A stretch of DNA of 64,000 nucleotides from an uncultured Planctomycetia bacterium (lineage in GTDB: Bacteria > Omnitrophota > Gorgyraeia > Duberdicusellales > 4484-171), in NCBI GenBank assembly GCA_964489445.1, contig CAZAYU010000001.1, forward strand, positions 74,717-138,716, written 5' to 3'. The position numbers and the translations under genes were made by a program. This document shows positions 18,934 through 29,408 of this stretch, piece by piece. Every line of letters starts with the position of its first letter. The first letter of the stretch is position 1. The notes under the pieces were generated by a model. That model made no database searches. It was given only the letters and a program-made list of their open reading frames with translations, and was not told the DNA's origin.

Positions 18934-19983
18934 ATGCGTTTACTCTGGAAAAAATTTAATAATCTTTTAGGTGCATTTTCTAGTGATATTGGTATTGATT
19001 TGGGAACGGCTAGTACCTTAGTTTACTTAAGGGGAGAAGGAATCGTTCTCTGTGAGCCATCAGTTGTGGCAATTTACAAAAACACCGGAATACCTCTGGC
19101 AGTCGGAGAAGAAGCTAAAAGAATGCTCGGAAAAACACCGGGAAGCATCGTCGCTATTCGCCCAATGAAAGATGGCGTTATTGCCGACTTTGCTGTAACT
19201 GAAGAAATGCTACGCTATTTTATTAAAAAAGCTTACCCGCGAAGACTAGCTATTGGGCCAAGAATAGTTATCGCAGTTCCTTCAGGAATAACAGAAGTAG
19301 AAAGAAGGGCGGTAAAGGAATCTGCCCATAGAGCCGGTGCTAGAGAAGTAATATCTATAGAAGAACCTATAGCTGCTGCTATCGGAGTTGGACTTCCCAT
19401 TGCTGAACCGCAAGGAAATATGATTATTGACGTCGGTGGAGGAACTACAGAAATTGCCGTAATATCTCTGGGAGGAATTGTTTACGCTCGTTCGATACGT
19501 GTTGGCGGTGATGAAATGGATGCTGCCATACTTGAACATATGAAAAAAAATCATAACTTAATGACCGGAGAACGCACTGCTGAAGAAATTAAAATAAAGA
19601 TTGGTTCAGCTTGGCCGATGGATGAAGAATTAACCATTGAAGTACGCGGTAGAGATTTAATCACAGGATTACCTAAATTTATAAGAGCAAACTCTCAAGA
19701 AATCAAAACAGCCTTAGACGCCCCATTAAAAAAAATAATTGAAGCTACAAAAGTAACATTGGAACAAACGCCTCCCGAACTAGCAGCTGACTTGATTGAA
19801 AGAGGGATTGTACTTTGCGGCGGAGGATCATTACTACGTGGATTAGATAAATTAATTTCTGAAGAAACCGGGTTAGCTTGCTTTGTCGCAGACGACCCAT
19901 TGACTGCTGTAGCTATGGGTACCGGAAAAATTTTAGAAGAACCAAAATTCCTAAAGAAACTTACCCTTGTATCTTCCTTCTAA
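18934..19983 (+). CDS. mreB: Rod-shape-determining protein MreB
   Basis: '[15 protein letters not shown]', 'EPSVVAI', '[13 protein letters not shown]', '[15 protein letters not shown]'. I chose the start at the internal Met (MRLLWKKF…). The upstream part of the ORF has a hydrophobic non-MreB extension and contains a hairpin. Confidence 0.9.
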   Translation: MRLLWKKFNNLLGAFSSDIGIDLGTASTLVYLRGEGIVLCEPSVVAIYKNTGIPLAVGEEAKRMLGKTPGSIVAIRPMKDGVIADFAVTEEMLRYFIKKAYPRRLAIGPRIVIAVPSGITEVERRAVKESAHRAGAREVISIEEPIAAAIGVGLPIAEPQGNMIIDVGGGTTEIAVISLGGIVYARSIRVGGDEMDAAILEHMKKNHNLMTGERTAEEIKIKIGSAWPMDEELTIEVRGRDLITGLPKFIRANSQEIKTALDAPLKKIIEATKVTLEQTPPELAADLIERGIVLCGGGSLLRGLDKLISEETGLACFVADDPLTAVAMGTGKILEEPKFLKKLTLVSSF

Positions 19984-20707
19984 GCTAAAATTTAAATACA
20001 TTGCCGTTTTACTTACCACAGTATTGTTATTTTTTCTTCCATTCAAGAAGCCTCTTTCTGCTATATTAATGCTATTTTTAAGGCCAATAACATTTACTCC
20101 GGAATATTACAAAACAAAAATAGACAATATAGAAAAAGAAAATCTTTCTCTCCTGCTATCTCTAGAAAATACCCGTACTCTTGAAGATGAAAATCAAAAG
20201 CTAAAAAAGGCTCTTGATTTCAAACAAAAAAGCAAATTCACATTTATCGGTGCTGAAGCTATTGCATACTCTCCTTCAAACTGGACAAGGTCAGCGCTAT
20301 TAAACGTTGGAATTGAGGATGGTATTAAAAACGATCTATTTGCTGTTAGCAGTAACGGAAATCTTTTAGGAAAAATTAGTGATGCTACAGAAAAAAATTG
20401 CCGTCTCACATTTATTAACGATCCAAATTTTAGTCTAACAGTATTTATCGGAAAAGAGACTGTCGGACTCTTAAAGGGGAACCTGATTGGTGCAAAAATA
20501 TTATATATTGAAAACGACCAACAACTAAGAATCGGAGAAAGAGTCTGGGTAAAAAATCCAGGTTTACCAGAACCGATCGAAATTGGCACAATTAAAAGCG
20601 CCAAAAGAAATAGTAATAATTTATTTTGGTCAGTAAGCGTCCAGTTACCATTTAAGAATACGCTTTTTGAGCAAGTTTTTATCATTAAACTTGAAAAAAA
20701 TGATTAA
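19967..20707 (+). CDS. mreC: Rod-shape-determining protein MreC (putative)
   Basis: Position between mreB and mreD/mrdA, an N-terminal TM segment, a coiled-coil ('[13 protein letters not shown]'), then a β-rich domain. Overlaps the mreB end. Confidence 0.55.
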   Translation: MYLPSKLKFKYIAVLLTTVLLFFLPFKKPLSAILMLFLRPITFTPEYYKTKIDNIEKENLSLLLSLENTRTLEDENQKLKKALDFKQKSKFTFIGAEAIAYSPSNWTRSALLNVGIEDGIKNDLFAVSSNGNLLGKISDATEKNCRLTFINDPNFSLTVFIGKETVGLLKGNLIGAKILYIENDQQLRIGERVWVKNPGLPEPIEIGTIKSAKRNSNNLFWSVSVQLPFKNTLFEQVFIIKLEKND

Positions 20708-21194
20708 AACCACACGAATTATTTTTTTCCTCTGTTTCCTTTTAACTTTAGATATAGTCAAGCCTCTAGGCTACTCATTATCTGTTAATTTTTTATTACT
20801 TGGTATTATATTTATTTCTTCTCAACACCCATCATTTATTACCCTTTTTTTATGTGTTATTTTCGGCTTCATAAATGACATTTTTGCGAATAATAGACTA
20901 TCATTGAGTCTCGCAGAATTCTTGATTGTGTACTTTTTTATAAGGTATCTTGCAAGATACACGAACATTCCAAGCCAAAATAAATATGCATTACTTGTTA
21001 AAATCATTTTGTTATTGCTGATAATTTTTGGTGATATTATCTTGAACTCACTTGAGGTGATGGTATTCCTTCCTTTGTTTTCTCTAACCATCCTTATTCA
21101 ATCCCTTTTTATCTACGCTTTGCTTGCATATTTTGCAAATAGATGGCTAAAAAACGACATTTCTTGCAATAGTAACCATTATCTACGCGGTTGA
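20667..21194 (+). CDS. mreD: Rod-shape-determining protein MreD (putative polytopic membrane protein)
   Basis: Roughly 5 hydrophobic helices in 175 aa. Conserved position mreC-mreD-mrdA. Confidence 0.45.
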   Translation: MSKFLSLNLKKMIKTTRIIFFLCFLLTLDIVKPLGYSLSVNFLLLGIIFISSQHPSFITLFLCVIFGFINDIFANNRLSLSLAEFLIVYFFIRYLARYTNIPSQNKYALLVKIILLLLIIFGDIILNSLEVMVFLPLFSLTILIQSLFIYALLAYFANRWLKNDISCNSNHYLRG

Positions 21195-21206
21195 TACAAA
21201 ATATAG

Positions 21207-22922
21207 ATGACAAGAAAAAAAATAACCAACCCCTCATCTAATCTACCATTAAGAATATGCTCGTTTGGTTTTTTAATTTTAGTTGCTGTTCTTTTTTTCT
21301 ACCAATTTGTTCACGGTAACTACTACTTTATGCGCGCCAAAAATAATTATGTACGGCTTATCCCTTCAAGAGCAATCAGAGGAGCAATATTCGACCGCAA
21401 TGGCCAGCCTTTAGCTTACGACAGAGCAACTTTTAGCCTTAGTTTAATTCCTTATCAATCTTCCAAAATAAAGGATATAATAATCAAAGATTTAAGTTCC
21501 GTTCTTGGCTACGAACAATCTTTGCTACATAAAAATTATAAAAAAAACTTTCAGAATTATTTTAGCCCTGTGAATTTAATTGATGAAATTGACAAAACTA
21601 CTGCTTTAGAAGTAAAAGAGAAATTTAGTGATGATGTCTTGATAAACCCTCAACCACAAAGATACTATCCATATCCGTATCAATTTTCCCACGTAATAGG
21701 ATATGTTAAGAATGCCTCTATATTTTATGAGAAATTAAAAAAATACGGATACCATCCACTTGAAAGAGTAGGATTTTCCGGTGTTGAACAGCACTACAAC
21801 TCATATCTCAAGGGCGAAGATGGAGGAGATTTAATTGAAGTAAACTCAAAAGGAAAAACAGTAGGTTTTTTAGGAGAGCTACTTCCCAAAAAAGGAAAAG
21901 ATATTTATTTAACTATCGATAAAGAAATCCAACTACTTGCAGTTAAAATCTTGGGTAAAAGGCGAGGAGCAATACTATTAATGGACTCTAGTAATGGGGA
22001 GATTATTGCTCTATGCTCTTCTCCATCATTTGATCTTAACGATTTTATCAGCGGAAACAATATAGAAACGCTATTGCAAGACAAAAGAAGTCCATTACTA
22101 AACCGGGCAACACAATCCACATATCCAATAGGATCAGTCTTTAAGCCAATACTGGGGATGGCAGGGTTGTCTGAAGAAAAAATAACCGAATCAACTATTG
22201 TTAATTGCGAAGGAAGTTTTAAACTAGGTAATACTTCCTTTCGCTGTGGACAAATTCACAAAAACCAAAATATTTATCAAGCACTATCTCATTCATGTAA
22301 CACTTATTTCTATAATTTAGGATTAGCTCTCGGACCTAATTTAATTTCTAAGTGGGCACAAAAGTTTAATCTCAATAAACAAACTGGGATAGACATCCCT
22401 TACGAGAAGAGCGGATTTATCCCCACAGTCAAATGGAAACAAAAAATAAAAAAACAAAATTGGTTCTCAGGAGATACAATAAATCTTTCCATCGGCCAAG
22501 GCTATTTAAGCGTCAGCCCCATCGAAACACTTGTTGCAATAAATGCTTTTGCTAACGGTGGCTATATTGTAACTCCAAGGCTCATCAAACAAATCGATAA
22601 CACGCCTGTCAACAACGCAACAAGCACGGATTTGCTTATGGAAAAAACAAACGTTGACATAGTTACACGAGGATTAAGGAAAGTCGTCACTGACGCCAAC
22701 GGAACAGCACACATGCTCGATAAGCTAAACTTTGCAGTTTCCGGAAAAACTGGCACAGCACAAAACAACAAGGCCCCTCACGGATGGTTCATCGGCTTCT
22801 TCCCTCATAAGGCAAAAAAGTATACTCTTTGTGTATTCTTGGAAAACTGCTCTTCTAGTCATAAAGCGGTTGAAGCAACCTATATTTTATTAAAAACGAT
22901 AAATGCTAAAAACCTCCTTTAA
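21207..22922 (+). CDS. mrdA: Penicillin-binding protein 2 (elongasome D,D-transpeptidase)
   Basis: 'SVFKP' (SxxK), 'SCN' (SxN) and 'KTGTA' (KTG) motifs, with an N-terminal TM anchor. 571 aa. Confidence 0.85.
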   Translation: MTRKKITNPSSNLPLRICSFGFLILVAVLFFYQFVHGNYYFMRAKNNYVRLIPSRAIRGAIFDRNGQPLAYDRATFSLSLIPYQSSKIKDIIIKDLSSVLGYEQSLLHKNYKKNFQNYFSPVNLIDEIDKTTALEVKEKFSDDVLINPQPQRYYPYPYQFSHVIGYVKNASIFYEKLKKYGYHPLERVGFSGVEQHYNSYLKGEDGGDLIEVNSKGKTVGFLGELLPKKGKDIYLTIDKEIQLLAVKILGKRRGAILLMDSSNGEIIALCSSPSFDLNDFISGNNIETLLQDKRSPLLNRATQSTYPIGSVFKPILGMAGLSEEKITESTIVNCEGSFKLGNTSFRCGQIHKNQNIYQALSHSCNTYFYNLGLALGPNLISKWAQKFNLNKQTGIDIPYEKSGFIPTVKWKQKIKKQNWFSGDTINLSIGQGYLSVSPIETLVAINAFANGGYIVTPRLIKQIDNTPVNNATSTDLLMEKTNVDIVTRGLRKVVTDANGTAHMLDKLNFAVSGKTGTAQNNKAPHGWFIGFFPHKAKKYTLCVFLENCSSSHKAVEATYILLKTINAKNLL

Positions 22923-22925
22923 CTT

Positions 22926-24026
22926 ATGATAAGATTTTTTAAACATTTTGCCCGCCAAATAAACAGTTTAAAAACAATTATTATTTGTGTGCTATCGCTA
23001 AACATTTTAAGCATACTATCTATTTATAGCAGTCTTCATCAAGGAGGAGAGCTCGTTGATATCCACACCCTTCAAAAACAAATAGCTTGGATAATTATCT
23101 CCTGGTGTGTTTTAATAATTTTTTCATTAATAAATTACCATGTCTATTTTGGATTAAGTTACGTATTATACACCCTAAACCTGTTATTGCTCGTTGGTGT
23201 GCATTTTTTCGGTGAAAAAGCAATGGGTGCACAACGCTGGCTTTCAGTCTCAGGAATCACTTTTCAGCCTTCAGAATTATCTAAAATAGCAATTATCATT
23301 ATTTTAGCAAGAATTTTTTCTCAATCAAGAAAACATAGCTTTCTGAAAGGTTTCCTGTTCCCGTTTTTCCTAACCGCCATAAACGCATTCCTAATCTTTA
23401 AACAACCAGACTTAGGCACTGCCTTGATTATACTCTTGATGTTTTTTGCACTAGGCCTATGCTCTAGACTAAACAAACTATACTTCGTCGCCCTGATAAT
23501 CTTCTCGGTAGTTGCATCTCCTTTGGCTTTAGGCCACTTAAAAGAGTATCAAAAAAAACGCTTAGCAGTATTTATTAACCCCAACGCTGACCCTTTAGGA
23601 TCGGGGTACACAATCATCCAATCAAAAATTGCTATCGGGTCTGGTAAGGCTTTCGGAAAGGGATTTTTATCCGGAACCCAAAACCAATTCAATTTCCTTC
23701 CCGAAAGACATACTGATTTTATATTTACCGTTGTTGCAGAGGAATGGGGATTCTTTGGCTCATTGTTCTTGCTTTTACTCTACTGGTTGCTCATAAAGAA
23801 AATTATGCAAATTACCCGCAACTTTAGAGATACTTTTGCTTATTTTTTGTCAATCGGTATAGGACTATTGTTTTTTCTGCATGTTTTCATTAACATCGGA
23901 ATGACTTTGGGGATTCTTCCTGTAGTAGGGCTACCATTAATACTCTTAAGCTATGGGGGAACAAACATGCTAACAATATTTGTTCTTCTAGGGATACTCG
24001 CAAATATTGTTCGCTTTCATAAATAA
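22926..24026 (+). CDS. rodA: Peptidoglycan glycosyltransferase RodA (SEDS family)
   Basis: Polytopic. 'GAQRWL…PSELSKIAIII' and 'PERHTDFIFTVVAEEWGF' are SEDS signatures. Follows mrdA. Confidence 0.85.
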   Translation: MIRFFKHFARQINSLKTIIICVLSLNILSILSIYSSLHQGGELVDIHTLQKQIAWIIISWCVLIIFSLINYHVYFGLSYVLYTLNLLLLVGVHFFGEKAMGAQRWLSVSGITFQPSELSKIAIIIILARIFSQSRKHSFLKGFLFPFFLTAINAFLIFKQPDLGTALIILLMFFALGLCSRLNKLYFVALIIFSVVASPLALGHLKEYQKKRLAVFINPNADPLGSGYTIIQSKIAIGSGKAFGKGFLSGTQNQFNFLPERHTDFIFTVVAEEWGFFGSLFLLLLYWLLIKKIMQITRNFRDTFAYFLSIGIGLLFFLHVFINIGMTLGILPVVGLPLILLSYGGTNMLTIFVLLGILANIVRFHK

Positions 24027-24052
24027 TTTAGAATATTCAACCAGCAGGAAGG

Positions 24053-24412
24053 TTATCGTACTAAAAGACGTGTCTTTATGTGCTTTGCTTTAAAAAAATG
24101 GCGAGTAAATTTTTTAGCCAGTAAATGATCGTATTTTTGACAAGAAAAAATATTTATGTACGCAGTTTCCCAAAATTCAGAAAAATGACCGGTTATTGAG
24201 CTTGTTTCTATCAACTGCACTAAGGAGTACCCTTTGGTATGAGCTTCCTTCTCACCAAAATAGGGAAGAAGCGTTTTTCCGTATTTTTTCATTTTGATTA
24301 ACCGACATAGCTCATCAACATATTCCTGCAATTTATCTTTAGATGATATTACTTTAGAATCACATCCAATAAGATTAATTATTAATTCGTAACCGTAAAT
24401 CTTTTGGGTCAT
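24053..24412 (-). CDS. SpeH-like pyruvoyl-dependent decarboxylase proenzyme paralogue. It could be an arginine decarboxylase or a non-processing regulatory subunit.
   Basis: 119 aa. 'GYSLVQLIETSSITGHFSE' aligns to the SpeH processing region 'ISESHLSVHTWPE', but Glu-Ser is replaced by Thr-Ser. Overlaps speE by 4 nt. Confidence 0.55.
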   Translation of the reverse strand: MTQKIYGYELIINLIGCDSKVISSKDKLQEYVDELCRLIKMKKYGKTLLPYFGEKEAHTKGYSLVQLIETSSITGHFSEFWETAYINIFSCQKYDHLLAKKFTRHFFKAKHIKTRLLVR

Positions 24413-25245
24413 TTTATCACCTCCTTTAGATGATTAGGGAGTTTTAAACTAGAAAAATGTATGTCTGGATTGTAGTACTTTGTTTTTAGGTTTAATTTTC
24501 TGTATCGATTGGCAATCACACGGTAAGATATTTTTTCAAAATTCCTACCTTTTGCTCCAATTAAAAAACTAAAAAATCCGCCAATATATGTAGGTATCGC
24601 CGCTAGCTGAACTATTGAGTAAGGAAAAATATTCTTAATTAATTTATGACTATCTCTTAACACTTTCTCTTGAAGCATTACCGACCCGGTTTGACGAACC
24701 ATCATTCCTTTTTCTTTTAATAACGCATATACATTACGATAAAATGACCCAGAGAATAGAATCTTTGAAGGACCCACAGGATCAGAAGAATCAACAATAA
24801 CAATGTCAAATTTTTCTTTTGTCTGTCTAACAAATTTTGCTCCATCTTCGATAATCACTTTTACGCGACTATCGTTAAATGAACCCTTATTCAGAAAAGT
24901 TAGATGTTTCTTAGAGAATTTTATCACATCTTCATCGATCTCAACAAGAACCACTCTTTTGACCTTATGTTTTAGGACCTCTCTTAAAACACCGCCATCA
25001 CCAGCTCCAATAATTAGCACATTCCTTGGATTACCACACGCAACAAGCAGGGGATGAACAAGCATCTCGTGATAAATGAACTCGTCAACTTCAGTAGTTT
25101 GAATAATTCCGTCTAGATATAATACTTTTCCAAAAGCAGGAGTTTTGTAAATGCAGCAGTTTTGATATTTAGTCTGTTTTTCGCAAACGCGTTTTCCTTG
25201 CAAACCTAATTTAATACCTGGATGTAAATTCTCATAAAACCACAT
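24409..25245 (-). CDS. speE: Spermidine synthase (aminopropyltransferase)
   Basis: 'VLIIGAGDGGVLREVLKH', 'VDSSDPVGPS'. 278 aa. Confidence 0.9.
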   Translation of the reverse strand: MWFYENLHPGIKLGLQGKRVCEKQTKYQNCCIYKTPAFGKVLYLDGIIQTTEVDEFIYHEMLVHPLLVACGNPRNVLIIGAGDGGVLREVLKHKVKRVVLVEIDEDVIKFSKKHLTFLNKGSFNDSRVKVIIEDGAKFVRQTKEKFDIVIVDSSDPVGPSKILFSGSFYRNVYALLKEKGMMVRQTGSVMLQEKVLRDSHKLIKNIFPYSIVQLAAIPTYIGGFFSFLIGAKGRNFEKISYRVIANRYRKLNLKTKYYNPDIHFSSLKLPNHLKEVIK

Positions 25246-25263
25246 AATATTACAAAAAAATAA

Positions 25264-25638
25264 TTAAAATAGGCCGCGTTTTAACTCAGCAATTTGAACA
25301 TTATTTGTTTCAAATCCCTTTTTCAATACTGCTATAGATTTATAGGGGTTAACATCTCCGCAAACAAAAACATCTAAAGCTGCATATTTGTATTCCGGCC
25401 AAGTATGCACACTTAAATGCGACTCCATGATTATCGCTACCCCAGATATACCTCCGGACGGAGAAAACTTATGTAGCTCAATTTTAAGCAATGTTGCTTC
25501 ACAAGCCTTTATAGCATCTTTTAAGATTTTTTTTATTTTAGAGAGAGAGGAGAGATTTTTAGCATCCCACAGCTCAATAATTAATTGAACTCCAGCATAA
25601 CGTATATCTCCATTTGTGCAGCAAAATTCTTTGGCCAT
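25264..25638 (-). CDS. speH: S-adenosylmethionine decarboxylase proenzyme (small SpeH type)
   Basis: 'GVAIIMESHLSVHTWPEYKYAALDVFVCGD', which is the canonical ES↓S autoprocessing site. 124 aa. Confidence 0.85.
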   Translation of the reverse strand: MAKEFCCTNGDIRYAGVQLIIELWDAKNLSSLSKIKKILKDAIKACEATLLKIELHKFSPSGGISGVAIIMESHLSVHTWPEYKYAALDVFVCGDVNPYKSIAVLKKGFETNNVQIAELKRGLF

Positions 25639-25845
25639 TCCTTATACTAAATGTTTCATCTTCAACTTGCATACGATTATTATATGATACGGGTTTTTTC
25701 CGATTTTTGCAAGACTTTTTTTAAAAAACAAAAATAAAGATAAATTTCTTGGTGAATTCTTTTTTTTCTGTTAAAATCTCTCTCGAAGCTTTATTGTTAT
25801 TTTTTAAGAATAATACTTTAAATGCTGGCATCCTTTTACAATTTA

Positions 25846-25918
25846 GCCGGCGTAGCTCAGCTGGCAGAGCAAGGGTTTCGTAAATCCTAGGTCGGAGGTT
25901 CAACTCCTCTCGCCGGCT
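25846..25918 (+). tRNA. tRNA-Thr (anticodon CGU)
   Basis: Acceptor GCCGGCG/CGCCGGC, anticodon arm AGGGT-TTCGTAA-ATCCT, T-loop GGTTCAACTCC. Confidence 0.9.
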
Positions 25919-25941
25919 TAAAAAAAATTCCTATAAAGCCA

Positions 25942-27186
25942 ATGGTTAAAAACTACTTTAAGCTTCTAACAAAAAGGAATTTCCTTCTACTTTGGTCTGG
26001 CCAAATAATTTCCCAATTTGGAGACCGCCTTACTCAAATCGCACTAATCGGGTTAGTGTCAAAAGTATCTACTTCTTCCTCGCAGCTCGCTTTTGTTATG
26101 AGTTTATCCATAATTCCGGTTTTTATAATTTCTCCGATTTCCGGAGTATACATTGACCGCTGGGATAAACGCAAAACAATGTTTTTTAGCGATCTGCTAA
26201 GAGGATTATGTATACTACTGATTCCCTTATTTATTGTAAAATTTACTTCTTTAATTCCTGTTTATTGTTTAATATTTATTTCGTTCATTGCTGGTAGATT
26301 TTTTATTCCGGCAAAAATGGCGTTCGTTCCGGAAATTTGCAATAAACAAGAAATATTTATGGCAAACTCGTTAATATCAATAACCGCAACTATTGCCGCA
26401 ATACTTGGTTTTGGAATAGGGGGAATTATCGTTGAACGATGGAAGGTCGTTGCGGCTTTTCATTTAGATGCAGCTACTTTTCTACTCTCAGCCCTAGCTA
26501 TTTTTTTTATTACTGTACATAAAAAGGGAGATTTTACCGCCGGAGACATCTTGTCTATTGGAAAGGATATGTTAAAGAACGTTAAGAGTTCATTCACTAG
26601 TGAGTTCAAAGAAGGAATAAGGTATATTAAAAACGCTAAAGAAACTAAGTATGCCTTTAAAATATTTTTTTTCCTCTTTTCTTATTTGGGATGCCTTTAT
26701 GTAGTATTTATCCGTTTTATCCAAAATACGCTATCTACAATCACCAAAGACCTAGGTCTTGTTGCTGTTTCTTTAGCTATAGGCCTTTTTTTCGGTTCTC
26801 TGGTTTACGGCAAAATTGCACATAAATTTTCCGTAAAAAAAACGATTAATTTTTCGGTATTATTTTCTTCTTTTTTTATTATATTCTTTGCTGCTTTTTT
26901 AAAATTATACCCAGTAACCATGTACGCGCTTTTTCTTGCATTCATTTTAGGAGCAATAATTTCTCCGGTATTTGTAGGAGTTAACTCACTTATTCACGAA
27001 AAAAGCGATAAAAATCTCTTGGGTAGAATCTTTAGCGGATTAGAAATTATCTCTCATCTGGGATTCTTAATCACAATGTATATTTGTTCATTCCTTGCCG
27101 ACATTTTTACTCCCTTTACAATAATAATTTCTGTTGGTATACTTGGTGTTTGTTTTTCTATATTTTTTATTCTTAGCAATGATTAA
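25942..27186 (+). CDS. MFS transporter (12-TM, EntS/macrolide-efflux-like)
   Basis: 'LLWSGQIISQFGDRLTQIALIGLV' N-terminal MFS motif. About 12 hydrophobic helices. 414 aa. Confidence 0.8.
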   Translation: MVKNYFKLLTKRNFLLLWSGQIISQFGDRLTQIALIGLVSKVSTSSSQLAFVMSLSIIPVFIISPISGVYIDRWDKRKTMFFSDLLRGLCILLIPLFIVKFTSLIPVYCLIFISFIAGRFFIPAKMAFVPEICNKQEIFMANSLISITATIAAILGFGIGGIIVERWKVVAAFHLDAATFLLSALAIFFITVHKKGDFTAGDILSIGKDMLKNVKSSFTSEFKEGIRYIKNAKETKYAFKIFFFLFSYLGCLYVVFIRFIQNTLSTITKDLGLVAVSLAIGLFFGSLVYGKIAHKFSVKKTINFSVLFSSFFIIFFAAFLKLYPVTMYALFLAFILGAIISPVFVGVNSLIHEKSDKNLLGRIFSGLEIISHLGFLITMYICSFLADIFTPFTIIISVGILGVCFSIFFILSND

Positions 27187-28471
27187 AGTAAAAGAGTTTA
27201 AAGAACCTCAGCAAAGCCAGCAAAGTATAGCATATTTGACTCCAAAGATGCTTTCTCTGCCTGTATCTCAGCATATTGGGTCACCTGCAACGCCGTGTGT
27301 CAAAAAAACAGACACAGTCAAAGAGGGAGATTTAATTGCTAAAATATCTAGTTTTATATCTGCGTCAATACACGCCCCAACGAATGGAAAAATAACAGAT
27401 ATTACCAACGAAAATTATCCAGCATTCAAAAACACATTCTGTATTAATATTAAATGCGAAGAACCAAATAATGAATACATACCCCGAACTAATATCAACT
27501 CGTTGTCGAGCGCTCAAGTTTTAGACATAATAAAAAATTCTGGGATTGTCGGAATGGGAGGAGCGGGTTTTCCTACTCACATAAAATTAAACCCACCAAA
27601 AAAGATTAATACTTTGTTAATTAACGGATGCGAATGCGAGCCGTATCTATCATCAGACTGCCGTTTAATGATAGAAAGAACAAAAGAAATATTTAAAGGA
27701 ATAGCTATTATTCAGAAATTAATAAATCCTAAAAATATTATCTTTGCTGTCGAAGCTAACAAGCCAGAGGCAATAAAAAAAATTAACCTTTTGTTAAGTT
27801 TAAAAAAAATAGCAATTCCTAATTTAAGATTAAAAATATTAGAATCAAAATACCCTCAAGGAGGAGAAAAACAACTAATATTTAACGCTACCGGATGCAA
27901 GATTCCCCCAAAAAAAATTCCCGCTGATATCGGCTGCCTAGTGCATAACGTTGCCACAGTATTTGCTATCTACGAAGCTGTGTATTTAAAAAAGCCATTA
28001 ATTGAAAGGTTAGTCTGTTTCTGCGGAGATGCATTGCACACTCCCAAAAACATTTGGGTAAAAATCGGAACAACTTTAAGGGAGCTATTCAATGAGAAGG
28101 TTTTAGAGTTTACCCAGCAACCGAAAAGAATTATATCCGGTGGCCCATTGATGGGTTTATCATTAGACAGCCTTGATTATCCCATCTTAAAGAATAACGG
28201 AGGATTTTTATTCTTAAAAAGTGAATTGCCCGATACAAGTGAAAATCCTTGTATAAGGTGCGCACGCTGTGTTGACACTTGTCCAATGAATCTTTTGCCA
28301 ATGCAATTTGTTAAATTAACTAAACAACAAGATTATTCAAAACTTAATCAATTCTATATCGCAGATTGTATTGAATGTGGATGCTGTGCCTATATTTGCC
28401 CAGCTAAAATACCAATTGTTCATTATACTAAAGTTGGAAAAGCGCAGTTGCGCAAAACAAACAATTTATAG
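27179..28471 (+). CDS. rnfC: Rnf complex subunit C (NADH-binding, 2×[4Fe-4S])
   Basis: 'GMGGAGFPTHIKL', 'CIRCARCVDTCP', 'CIECGCCAYICP'. I moved the start to the Met (MIKVKEF…) that follows the MFS stop. Confidence 0.9.
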   Translation: MIKVKEFKEPQQSQQSIAYLTPKMLSLPVSQHIGSPATPCVKKTDTVKEGDLIAKISSFISASIHAPTNGKITDITNENYPAFKNTFCINIKCEEPNNEYIPRTNINSLSSAQVLDIIKNSGIVGMGGAGFPTHIKLNPPKKINTLLINGCECEPYLSSDCRLMIERTKEIFKGIAIIQKLINPKNIIFAVEANKPEAIKKINLLLSLKKIAIPNLRLKILESKYPQGGEKQLIFNATGCKIPPKKIPADIGCLVHNVATVFAIYEAVYLKKPLIERLVCFCGDALHTPKNIWVKIGTTLRELFNEKVLEFTQQPKRIISGGPLMGLSLDSLDYPILKNNGGFLFLKSELPDTSENPCIRCARCVDTCPMNLLPMQFVKLTKQQDYSKLNQFYIADCIECGCCAYICPAKIPIVHYTKVGKAQLRKTNNL

Positions 28472-28481
28472 TTATAGACAG

Positions 28482-29408
28482 ATGAAACTATCAATTACAA
28501 ACTCCCCACATTTACAAAATACTACACATATCTCGCGCCTGATGCGCCAAGTGATTATTGCCCTTACACCAGCAATAATTGCTTCTGTTTATTTTTTCGG
28601 ACATCAGGCAATGTATCTTATTCTAAATTGTACAATAACTGCAGTTGTTACTGAATTTTTAATCTTAAAAATTCGCAAAAAACCATCTCAAATACATGAT
28701 TGCAGCGCTGCATTAACCGGCATATTATTGGCACTAATACTACCACCATCAATAAAATGGTACGCCGCTTGCCTTGGGTCTATTGTTTCGGTCCTTATTG
28801 GTAAACATTTATTTGGGGGACTAGGATCTAACATTTTTAATCCGGCATTACTGGGAAGAGCCTTTCTCATGGCTGCTTATCCCAGAATGCTAACAACGTT
28901 TATCACCCCAGAAAAAGTTGATGCAGTGACAACTGCCACACCGCTTGCTTTACTCAAATTTAACCAAGCTACTACACCAACTTTAGACTTATTCTTCGGT
29001 AATATTTCCGGAAGCTTAGGCGAAACTTCAGCAATATGCTTGATTATTGGCGGATTATATCTATTAATTCGCAAAATCGCTGATTGGCGAATACCATTAA
29101 GTTTATTGTTAACCGTAAGCGGCATCTCTCTGGTGTTTTATCTTATAAACCCTTTAAATGGCTCAGTATTATTTCATCTTTACAGTGGAGGAATGCTTCT
29201 TGGCGCTTTCTTTATGGCCACCGATCCGGTTACAACCCCGGTAACTAAAAAAGGTCGTTACATATTTGGCATTTCTTGTGCGATAATTATTATGGTTATT
29301 AGGTATTTCGGCGGATTACCTGAGGGAGTAATGTATTCAGTTCTATTTATGAATGCTTTTACACCATTGATAAACCGCTACACAAAACCTAAAAGATACG
29401 GAACATGA
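28482..29408 (+). CDS. rnfD: Rnf complex subunit D (membrane, FMN-binding)
   Basis: Polytopic. 'GGMLLGAFFMATDPVT' (RnfD/NqrB signature). Start placed at 'MKLSITNS', after the rnfC stop. Confidence 0.85.
   Translation: MKLSITNSPHLQNTTHISRLMRQVIIALTPAIIASVYFFGHQAMYLILNCTITAVVTEFLILKIRKKPSQIHDCSAALTGILLALILPPSIKWYAACLGSIVSVLIGKHLFGGLGSNIFNPALLGRAFLMAAYPRMLTTFITPEKVDAVTTATPLALLKFNQATTPTLDLFFGNISGSLGETSAICLIIGGLYLLIRKIADWRIPLSLLLTVSGISLVFYLINPLNGSVLFHLYSGGMLLGAFFMATDPVTTPVTKKGRYIFGISCAIIIMVIRYFGGLPEGVMYSVLFMNAFTPLINRYTKPKRYGT

Noticed and set aside
25721-25903. 60-aa minus-strand ORF overlapping tRNA-Thr
   Set aside because: It overlaps the tRNA gene and the AT-rich promoter region. It is spurious.
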